From assembly GCA_964601635.1 (NCBI GenBank), contig CAZROH010000001.1:18476-82475 (forward strand): a stretch of 64,000 nt of DNA, given 5' to 3'. The position numbers and the translations under genes are program-made. This document shows, in pieces, positions 19,601 through 26,170 of the stretch. Numbering within the stretch: position 1 is the first letter of the stretch; each line of letters starts with the position of its first letter. The stretch is from an uncultured Alteromonas sp. Lineage in GTDB: Bacteria; Pseudomonadota; Gammaproteobacteria; Enterobacterales; Alteromonadaceae. Under the pieces are notes generated by a model. It ran no database searches. It saw only the letters and a program-made list of their open reading frames with translations, and was not told the origin of the DNA.

Positions 19601-21123
19601 GATTGACAGAAGAGCTGAACAAACTGCAGTCCGCAGCAGAAGAACAGCAAAGTGCCAATACAGAAGCGTTGCGCAAGTGGCAGAAGCAGCAGCAAGAACT
19701 GCAAGAAAGTCTGCAAGCCAAAGAAGCCCAGCTAAAAGAAAGTGAGCAGGCGCTCCACCACACCATTGCCGAAAGTGAAGCAGAGAAAGCGGAAAAAGCC
19801 CGTCATCAGGAAGAGCTGGATAAATTACGTGCTGAGTTTGAACAAATGCAAGAAGCAGCCACCGCTCAGCAACAACACATTGCGCAAAATGAAGAAACGT
19901 TAAAAGCCACTCAGGAAAATCTGGCGAAGTCACTTGAAAGTAAACAGGCCGAATTAAGCAAAGCACAACAACTGCTTGAGAACCATCAACAACAAGTCGC
20001 GGCAGAAAAACGAGCTAAAGAAGAGCAGCAAAACCGCATGGCGCAGTTAGAAGCAGAACTGGCCGATGTGGCGCAACGTGCGGCAAAACAAAAAGCCATG
20101 ATGGAAGGGAATGACGAGCAGTGGCGTCAGCATCGAGAAGAAATTGAAGCACAAAAAGCGCAATTACAGGCAGCCCTGGAGTCAGCCAAGCAAGAAAATG
20201 CTCAGATGAAAGAAAAGCTGCACGAAAGCCAGTCTGATCTGGTCAATGCAGAAACAAAAGTATCGCAAACTCACACCGAAGAGCAGAAGCTGAATCAAGA
20301 ACTGGATAAGATCAAATCTGAAGCTGATGCGTTACAGCATCAGTTAGCTGACAAACAAGCCAACGAAGAGAAGCTACAGCAACAAATCCAGAATCAGCAT
20401 AAGACATTGCAACAACGTGAAGAGAGTATCGCCTCACTTAAGCAGGAACAGGCGCAACTCGAACAAAAGCTCAAAGTAGCCGAACAAGAGTGTGCACAAG
20501 CCAAGAAGTCACTTTCCAGCGCTGGTTCTGATCAAACTGACTTACAAAAACAGTTAGCGGCCCTTGAACAAAGCCTGACTGACAGTAAGGCTCAACTGGT
20601 AGCTAAGGAACAGGCATTAACCGGCGCTCAGAAACAGCTGCAACAACAGGAATCGCAACTACAGGAGCAGGCCTCTGCGCTGGTTGAAGCCCAGAAAGCG
20701 CAGTTGCACGATGAACAAAAAGAGGCACCTAATGCCAAACCGAAAACGTTGCCGGGTTATGCCAAGTTTGACATGCCCTTAGACTCGTCTGTTTGGTTTG
20801 ATTTACTGCCGTATTTGCAGGCCAATCAACAAGTCGATTCATTAGCGGTTTCACTTAAATCTTTGTTAACCGATTTAGAAGACGCGATGCAGGCAACGAG
20901 CGATGCAATTGCTCAGGATGACCGAAAATTAATGTTGGCGAATACCCGAAAACTAATTTCTATCATTCGACCAGTTAATTCTGAACCTCTCAACGATATG
21001 GCGAATCGTCTGGAAGCCGACTGTGAACATGGTAATGTCGATAATATTTCGATTTTCTGGCCCATTGCCCAGCAAAATCTTAATAAAACCATGCGGGTAA
21101 TATACGGTCATTTAAATGATTAA
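16627..21123 (+). CDS. Membrane-anchored multi-PAS protein with ~700-aa coiled coil and C-terminal HPt-like domain
   Basis: N-terminal signal/TM segments; about five PAS-like starts; Q/E/K/A/L-rich heptad region; C-terminal helical bundle. Confidence 0.8.
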   Translation: MKGCAKRFFAQIISVFALVLLTFPAYAGINDIISVVAQRPQFAFYVGIVTCGVLAFLVITLLIKQFFTKRALVSHQAMSGKLNAQLNALPSGALFIDKAGTVLAANRTALYLLGLKEENINKANLLSLLPNCDEVALEHALASPKETRLQSTMPRRDRVYQLRVCPNVDASLGAHAAVMLEDIHILQQTIENHYNHLSHLNREMGNSGQGLVTIDYQAGTIEINSAVATWIDAQDSAVLTVDDMPAWFTEQSWHTLNSALLGLGECQQFELLAELNDPQTPRPVRVLGSVIPVKGVADATCVQLILLDLKAENSLKSQLQGALKLHHQTVSMSPFPIYRVDEKGQFLEGNRAFKDLIGSDLNKYKGKPFASLPTINDDWAKVHKREFGTTPVKISLQPQTDMFLKLHLQKVTDPGLPASVVVIVLDQSTEMAADTAKNKAETKLTSMVDRSPLGIVILDDKYQIVEANQTLVTQLGYELTELTGTALATLFSQSQQAEQVLARVERQERCRDTAVKLLKQDKRTLDMTLNISKLSEVPCRYIGWFSGREEQRYLSNRFDRLVNYASIPMAVIEDDAFTHLNAAACAFFDIEDEQTLVGTALYSNKLNQTDDNAKLLRDKLEAAKAHGQVITLNWHHQYQQKALPCEITLIPVFKDEELSSIICLWVDLRAVKEANAARAQAQQMRDMAQQEVAQKEAELTSSKDELAKKHQTLTQTEQYLAKTQTQLTEVQDTLSDKLSTLSALEEAHQSIRADFAKLQGEYKQNQQWLNEAKAANEELEDQLNRSSEKVTRLEAQRHQIANALQFSEKQYRQTQQQLAQSRAESEKLKLAQDEQSQMMAQSEQKIAALKASLGEKDTQLQDINGQIQTLNSQLQSSAKAKEALREQLVNQRKASEKAEHERRRLQESCEKAQAELAGKARQIDHLQHEMQALEEMSSQSKGEMEAHKLQLEQELKAKEAQLDASKHDLAALKQQSEAAQTEKQQKQEALERLTEELNKLQSAAEEQQSANTEALRKWQKQQQELQESLQAKEAQLKESEQALHHTIAESEAEKAEKARHQEELDKLRAEFEQMQEAATAQQQHIAQNEETLKATQENLAKSLESKQAELSKAQQLLENHQQQVAAEKRAKEEQQNRMAQLEAELADVAQRAAKQKAMMEGNDEQWRQHREEIEAQKAQLQAALESAKQENAQMKEKLHESQSDLVNAETKVSQTHTEEQKLNQELDKIKSEADALQHQLADKQANEEKLQQQIQNQHKTLQQREESIASLKQEQAQLEQKLKVAEQECAQAKKSLSSAGSDQTDLQKQLAALEQSLTDSKAQLVAKEQALTGAQKQLQQQESQLQEQASALVEAQKAQLHDEQKEAPNAKPKTLPGYAKFDMPLDSSVWFDLLPYLQANQQVDSLAVSLKSLLTDLEDAMQATSDAIAQDDRKLMLANTRKLISIIRPVNSEPLNDMANRLEADCEHGNVDNISIFWPIAQQNLNKTMRVIYGHLND

Positions 21124-21129
21124 CACGCG

Positions 21130-21157
21130 TTGCCCACCAGCTCGGTGGGCAATTTTT
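21130..21157 (+). terminator. Rho-independent terminator
   Basis: TTGCCCACC-AGCTC-GGTGGGCAA then T5. Confidence 0.8.
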
Positions 21158-21259
21158 ATCCGGCGTTGTACGATTTAATATTTCCACGCTAGATTTTCGC
21201 CAAATGGGTACGCTATCTGTATGAAAATAATTAGGAACCAGCAACCCTGATAAATAACA

Positions 21260-21766
21260 ATGATCCTTACCATTCGGCCTGAACATCCTGAAGATATTTC
21301 TGCCATTCGTGAAGTCATCAAACTGGCTTTTAAAGGTGTCCCATATTCAAACAATAACGAGCATTTGATAGTGGATGCGTTGCGCGAAAAAAACGCATTG
21401 ACGCTAGCCCGGGTAGCAGAGGAAGAGGGCAGAATAGTTGGTTACATTGCAGTGTCAGCGGTGACCTTATCAACTGGCGAAAATCGCTGGTATGGCATTG
21501 GTCCTCTTGCAGTCTCTCCCCACGCTCAGTCCAGAGGAATAGGGAGTAAGCTGATACAAAGCGTACTTATGTATTTAAAAGATAGGGCAAAAGGCTGTGT
21601 GCTGTTGGGAGAGCCAGATTATTACACTAAGTTTGGGTTTAAGAATAATACCGGGTTAACGTTACAGGGTGTGCCACCTGAAAATTTTCTTGCACTCTCA
21701 TTTTGTGGTCGTTATCCCAGCGCCGACGTAACTTATCACGCCGGTTTTAATGCCGCAGCAACGTGA
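21260..21766 (+). CDS. GNAT N-acetyltransferase (YhbS-like)
   Basis: IGPLAVSPHAQSRGIGSKLI and GCVLLGEPDYYTKFGF. Confidence 0.9.
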   Translation: MILTIRPEHPEDISAIREVIKLAFKGVPYSNNNEHLIVDALREKNALTLARVAEEEGRIVGYIAVSAVTLSTGENRWYGIGPLAVSPHAQSRGIGSKLIQSVLMYLKDRAKGCVLLGEPDYYTKFGFKNNTGLTLQGVPPENFLALSFCGRYPSADVTYHAGFNAAAT

Positions 21767-21781
21767 TCTTTTTACCCTGAA

Positions 21782-22207
21782 CTATCTGTGCATGCCCTCC
21801 ACACTAGCCTGTGGGGCTTGCTGCGTCATACTAAAATCAATTTTAGGTAATTCAGTGTCGCCCTGCATGCCTGCTAGATATTCATTAACGCATAGTAACC
21901 CAGCTATATCCCTGCACATTGATTTCGGCGTTTGAGCCAGATGCAAATTAGGCTGCGTAAACCACACCATCATTTTCTCACTGTCGCCATCTGACAACGC
22001 ATAAAGCAAGTGATATAAACGAATAAATGCCAGTTGTACCCTTGCTTCCTCTGACTCGATTTCAAACCCCACTAGCGCGGTTTGCAGTAAACCCTGTTCA
22101 CTTACGCCCAACATGGCAGAGGCCTCGGCAGGCGACAATCCCAGTTCTTCGTATGCCCATGTGAATGCTTTCATAATGACGGCGGGCTGGTAGTGTGCAA
22201 TAGACAT
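21782..22207 (-). CDS. MbcA/ParS/Xre-family antitoxin-like protein
   Basis: HTH-like LGLSPAEASAMLGVS plus C-terminal IRLYHLLYAL..WFTQPNLHLAQTP..GLLCVNEYL (DUF2384-like). Confidence 0.75.
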   Translation of the reverse strand: MSIAHYQPAVIMKAFTWAYEELGLSPAEASAMLGVSEQGLLQTALVGFEIESEEARVQLAFIRLYHLLYALSDGDSEKMMVWFTQPNLHLAQTPKSMCRDIAGLLCVNEYLAGMQGDTELPKIDFSMTQQAPQASVEGMHR

Positions 22208-22524
22208 GAATGTCACCTTTGTTTCGCATACGGTTGTACATACGAAAGCCTACTGCCAGATTCGTTCCAACAATTTTCACTTGATTACACAGTATTAACG
22301 TTAGCTTATTCATCACAGGGAACAGGCAGGATGATACTGTCAAGTTATCCACAAGCTTGTTTTTACAAGATGTTTACAATTCTTAACGGTAAAAACGTGA
22401 CAACAGTAGAAATGGAACCTCAACGCAACAGCGATAACAGCGTTGGTGAACATAAGAAAATATTTCAGTGTGGGCGGGTAGTTAATTCCCGCCCACGTAG
22501 GGTCAAATTACGAATGTTGACAGT

Positions 22525-23088
22525 TTACGCCGCTAACATTCTCGACAGCTTACTAAAGGTAGGGTGTTTTTGAATGTTTATCGGCACCTTTAACCGACGG
22601 GCGATGTCACTTACGCTGATAACACCACGAATTTCATGTGCTTGTTGACTGATTACCAAGCAATGATGCTGGCCATTATTTTCCAGTGTTTTAATGATAT
22701 CGCCGACGGTGGCTTTAACTAAGCTTTCAAATTCAAACGCCTGTAAAACTGACCTTGGCTGCATAAAATCAATTGCTCTTAACGCATCCCTGTCGGCTCC
22801 CTGCGCAACTTGCTGCATAATCTTCTGGGCGTTTAAGTCGGCAAGCGTCACGATCCCGATGAAATGATCATTACTATCCAATACCAGCTTCATTTTTACG
22901 TGCGAGCGTTGCATTTGCTTTTCAATATCCAACGCCTTTTCTTCGCTTCCAACTACCAACGGGGGGTAATAATGAAAGTCGGTAAAAATGCTTAGCGCAG
23001 ATGAACGTAAAGTAACTGGATTATCCTTTACGTCTGGCCAGGCAAGCTTGTCAATATCCTGGGTTTTATATAATGGTAAGGTATGCAT
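22525..23088 (-). CDS. CBS-domain protein
   Basis: CBS pair (HVKMKLVLDSNDHFIGIVTLADL; HHCLVI..IRGVISVSDIARRL). ATG 23088 follows SD GAGGAG. Confidence 0.88.
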   Translation of the reverse strand: MHTLPLYKTQDIDKLAWPDVKDNPVTLRSSALSIFTDFHYYPPLVVGSEEKALDIEKQMQRSHVKMKLVLDSNDHFIGIVTLADLNAQKIMQQVAQGADRDALRAIDFMQPRSVLQAFEFESLVKATVGDIIKTLENNGQHHCLVISQQAHEIRGVISVSDIARRLKVPINIQKHPTFSKLSRMLAA

Positions 23089-23095
23089 AAACCTT

Positions 23096-23145
23096 CTCCT
23101 CAAATTGTAAGAACTAAAAAGTGTGTTTTTAGCTCACTTGAGGAG
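23096..23145 (-). promoter_or_regulatory. SD-sequestering mRNA hairpin between the RAPP uORF and the CBS gene
   Basis: mRNA CUCCUCAA pairs with UUGAGGAG (contains the SD); inner stem GAGCUAAAAA/UUUUUAGUUC with loop CACAC. Confidence 0.7.
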
Positions 23146-23425
23146 GCGCACGAATATGAGGTAAAAAAGATAAAACTAAAAATGAATGCAGTTGCTCGTC
23201 GCAACGATCATCCAGTAGCGCGTTATGTAGCGCCGTTTGAGACTGAGGTAAAATTGCTTTTGCATCGTTATCATCGTTTACAGGGTCAGATGACTTATCA
23301 CTTTCCACCGCAGCCGATTGAACAGCGTCTACAAACCACAAACCAGCCTGGTTATCGACGATGTCTTTCCCACCTGCCGTGAGAACGGCAAGGATTAACA
23401 GGGAAAATATCGTACGCACCATCAT
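23129..23425 (-). CDS. Putative translation-arrest leader peptide (signal-like N-terminus, C-terminal RAPP)
   Basis: 98 aa; R then hydrophobic IFSLLILAVLTA, polar linker, ends PHIRAPPQVS; 40 nt upstream of the CBS ATG. Confidence 0.7.
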   Translation of the reverse strand: MMVRTIFSLLILAVLTAGGKDIVDNQAGLWFVDAVQSAAVESDKSSDPVNDDNDAKAILPQSQTALHNALLDDRCDEQLHSFLVLSFLPHIRAPPQVS

Positions 23426-23648
23426 CTAAAAAGCAGCCCGCAAAAAAGCAATTTCATAACTTATATCTTCAATATAAGGATTCAAAGCAAAATGTATACG
23501 CATTTTGTCGCAAATTGAGGTACAGCGAACTCGGTTTTACAAAACATTCGATTTTTCAGAACCATCGGTTCAACTTATTGTTGTGTTTAAATGGGTAAGG
23601 TTCAACTATTGTAATTAACAGCTACTCGGAAAGGGTGAGGAATATCGA

Positions 23649-24194
23649 TTGAAACATACGACACATGGCTGGGGTTGGGTAATTATTACATTGCACTGGG
23701 TAACCGCTATCGCTGTTTTCGGCATGTTTGCAGTTGGGCTTTGGATGGTCGATTTAAACTATTACAGCGACTGGTACAAAACTGCCCCCCACTGGCATAA
23801 AAGTGTGGGCTTACTGCTGGCAGGTGTAACCCTGTTCAGGTTAATTTGGCGTTTTTTAAAACCTCGTCCGCCCAGACTGGGGAGCAAACTTGAGCAGGTC
23901 GTTGCCAGTATTGCGCACCTATTGATTTATTTATTATTGTTTTCGCTATTTTTCAGTGGTTACCTCATTTCCACAGCCGACAACCGCGCCATTGATGTCT
24001 TTAATTGGTTTGCCGTTCCCTCGATGGGAGAGCTGTTCAATGATCAGGAAGACGTCGCTGGTAGTATTCATTTTTATTTGGCGTGGACATTGATTGGCTT
24101 TGTCAGCGTACACATTCTCGCTGCACTCAAACATCACTTTATTGATAACGACGCCACATTAATACGAATGTTGGGTCGACAAGATAAGCATTAG
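23649..24194 (+). CDS. yceJ: Cytochrome b561 (YceJ-like)
   Basis: LHW, HKSVG, H..AALKHHF heme ligands; 4 TM; adjacent to yceI. Confidence 0.9.
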   Translation: MKHTTHGWGWVIITLHWVTAIAVFGMFAVGLWMVDLNYYSDWYKTAPHWHKSVGLLLAGVTLFRLIWRFLKPRPPRLGSKLEQVVASIAHLLIYLLLFSLFFSGYLISTADNRAIDVFNWFAVPSMGELFNDQEDVAGSIHFYLAWTLIGFVSVHILAALKHHFIDNDATLIRMLGRQDKH

Positions 24195-24225
24195 CAAGAT
24201 ACGTAATTTTTAACAGGAGAAATGC

Positions 24226-24792
24226 ATGAAAAAATGGTTATTGGCAATAGCATTATTACAAGGCGCGAGCATGGCTCATGCAGCCGATTACATTATTGAT
24301 ACCAAAGGCGCGCACGCCTCTATCAATTTTAAAGTCCAGCATTTGGGCTACTCATGGGTGACCGGCAGATTCAACGAATTCTATGGTGACTTCAGCTTCG
24401 ACGAAGCAAAGCCCGAAGATTCAAAAATCAGTGTAACTATCGAAACGGATAGCATTGACTCTAATCATGCCGAGCGTGACAAGCACTTAAAAGGGGACGA
24501 ATTTTTAAATGTTGATAAATATCCAAAGGCCAAATTTGTTAGCACTAACATAACCGAATCGAGCGACGGCTCGTTAACAATTATTGGTGATCTCACCCTG
24601 AATGGCGTCACCAAATCTGTTTCCATTGACGCGCATAAAATCGGTGAAGGCAAGGATCCATGGGGCGGCTACCGCGCTGGATTCTCGGGTACAACCAAAT
24701 TTGCTTTGAAGGATTTTAATATTGATTACGACTTAGGACCGGCCGCTACTGACGTTGAGCTTACACTCCACGTCGAAGGGGTCAGGCAGTAA
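24226..24792 (+). CDS. yceI: YceI-family periplasmic polyisoprenoid-binding protein
   Basis: HASINFKVQHLGYSW, RDKHLKGDEF, KDPWGGYRAGF. Confidence 0.93.
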   Translation: MKKWLLAIALLQGASMAHAADYIIDTKGAHASINFKVQHLGYSWVTGRFNEFYGDFSFDEAKPEDSKISVTIETDSIDSNHAERDKHLKGDEFLNVDKYPKAKFVSTNITESSDGSLTIIGDLTLNGVTKSVSIDAHKIGEGKDPWGGYRAGFSGTTKFALKDFNIDYDLGPAATDVELTLHVEGVRQ

Positions 24793-24801
24793 CCACTTTA
24801 C

Positions 24802-24831
24802 ACCACCCTGCCTAAAAAAAGGCAGGGCGGT
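24802..24831. terminator. Hairpin between convergent yceI and ndh
   Basis: CCCTGCCT / AGGCAGGG stem with A6 loop; weak U-tracts. Confidence 0.55.
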
Positions 24832-24844
24832 TACCCGCGCAACG

Positions 24845-26143
24845 CTAATGCAATTTCAACCGCATACCCACGATATTGCCAAGTTTGCGGCTAAGTAATA
24901 CCACTATCCCTCGCACATAACCATGAATCGCAAATTGATGCATATTGTACAATGACACATAAACCAGTTTGGCCAAACGACCTTCAATAAACATACTGTT
25001 GTTGGATAGTGAACCCATCAGACTGCCTACCGTACTGTAACGGCTTAAGTGTACTAGTGAGCCATAATCACGATACCGAAATGACTCTAATTTTTCGTTC
25101 TTGATCAGTTTAAGCAGATTTTTTCCAGCTACAGCGGCCATTTGATGTGCGGATTGGGCTCGTGGTGGTACCCAACTGTTGTCTGCCTGCCTGAATCCAC
25201 AACAATCTCCGATAGCCAAGATATTGGCAAAGCGTGTGCTTTGAAGCGAGGGTTTCACTAAAATCTGGTTTATCCGGTTAGTTTCAAATATGTCCAGCTC
25301 AGTTAAGAAATCAGGCGCTTTGACGCCGGCCGACCAAACCAGTAAGTCCGCCTCGATTCGTTCGCCATCAGCAGTTTCGAAACCCGTTTCCGAGGCGCTC
25401 GCTACCCGCGTATTTTCCAACACATCGACCCCTAGCTTAACCAAGGCTTTGCGGGCAGAGTTGGCTATGCGTTCAGGCAACGCAGGTAATATGCGTTTGT
25501 CTGCTTCAATAATGGAGACTTTAATTCGCTTTGAAGACATTTCAGGCATGCCATAGGCGCGCGCCAGATTGGCCACATGATAAAGCTGCGCTGCCAGCTC
25601 TGTCCCGGTTGCACCACCCCCTACAATTGCAACATGCAAAATACGATGATCTGTGGCGTCGTTATTAATTTTTAGCAACTGATTTAACAAGGCTTTATGA
25701 AATCGCTCAGCCTGTTTCAGCGAATCTAAAAAATAGCAGTTTTCTTTTACACCAGGCGTACCGAAGTCATTACTCTGGCTTCCTAACGCCATAACCAGAA
25801 AATCATACGTTAATGTACGCGAAGGCAATATCTGATGGCCTTCTTGGTCATTCAGTGCATTAAGAGTAAGCGTTTGAGATACAGTATCAATACCGCTCAT
25901 CTCACCAAGCTCAAACCGATACCGGTGCTTGACTGCATGCATACGATAATCAACGCCGTCTGAATACTTATCGATTACGCCAGCAGCCACCTCGTGCAAG
26001 AGCGGTTTCCACACATGGGTGCGGCTTTTATCTACCAGAACTATCTCGGCTCGTTGCTTTTTGCCTAGTTTGTCAGCCAGTTGAGTGACCAGTTCAAGTC
26101 CGCCTGCGCCACCTCCTACAATGACAATTCGCTTCATGTTCAT
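24845..26143 (-). CDS. ndh: Type II NADH dehydrogenase
   Basis: IVIVGGGAGGLEL, HVWKPLLHEVAAG, AIVGGGATGTEL, VPPRAQSAHQMA, ends RLKLH. Confidence 0.9.
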   Translation of the reverse strand: MNMKRIVIVGGGAGGLELVTQLADKLGKKQRAEIVLVDKSRTHVWKPLLHEVAAGVIDKYSDGVDYRMHAVKHRYRFELGEMSGIDTVSQTLTLNALNDQEGHQILPSRTLTYDFLVMALGSQSNDFGTPGVKENCYFLDSLKQAERFHKALLNQLLKINNDATDHRILHVAIVGGGATGTELAAQLYHVANLARAYGMPEMSSKRIKVSIIEADKRILPALPERIANSARKALVKLGVDVLENTRVASASETGFETADGERIEADLLVWSAGVKAPDFLTELDIFETNRINQILVKPSLQSTRFANILAIGDCCGFRQADNSWVPPRAQSAHQMAAVAGKNLLKLIKNEKLESFRYRDYGSLVHLSRYSTVGSLMGSLSNNSMFIEGRLAKLVYVSLYNMHQFAIHGYVRGIVVLLSRKLGNIVGMRLKLH

Positions 26144-26170
26144 ATTCTCTTTTTAATTGGAAACTGATCA

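Noticed and set aside
18640-20720. SMC-like or phage tape-measure protein
   Set aside because: No Walker A/B motifs or hinge, and no phage structural genes; the coiled coil is part of the PAS protein.
21260-22207. GNAT toxin plus antitoxin pair
   Set aside because: The genes are convergent, the GNAT is YhbS-like, and GNAT toxins normally pair with RHH (DUF1778) antitoxins in an operon.
22345-22353. DnaA box as a sign of a replication origin
   Set aside because: Single box with no cluster, no 13-mers and no oriC-linked genes.
23083-23382. 99-aa plus-strand ORF antisense to the RAPP leader
   Set aside because: Likely a shadow ORF; the minus-strand frame has the signal-like N-terminus, the motif and the operon context.
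23547-23561. TTC-N9-GAA LysR-like box upstream of yceJ-yceI
   Set aside because: Short motif in AT-rich DNA with no adjacent LysR gene; too weak to call.
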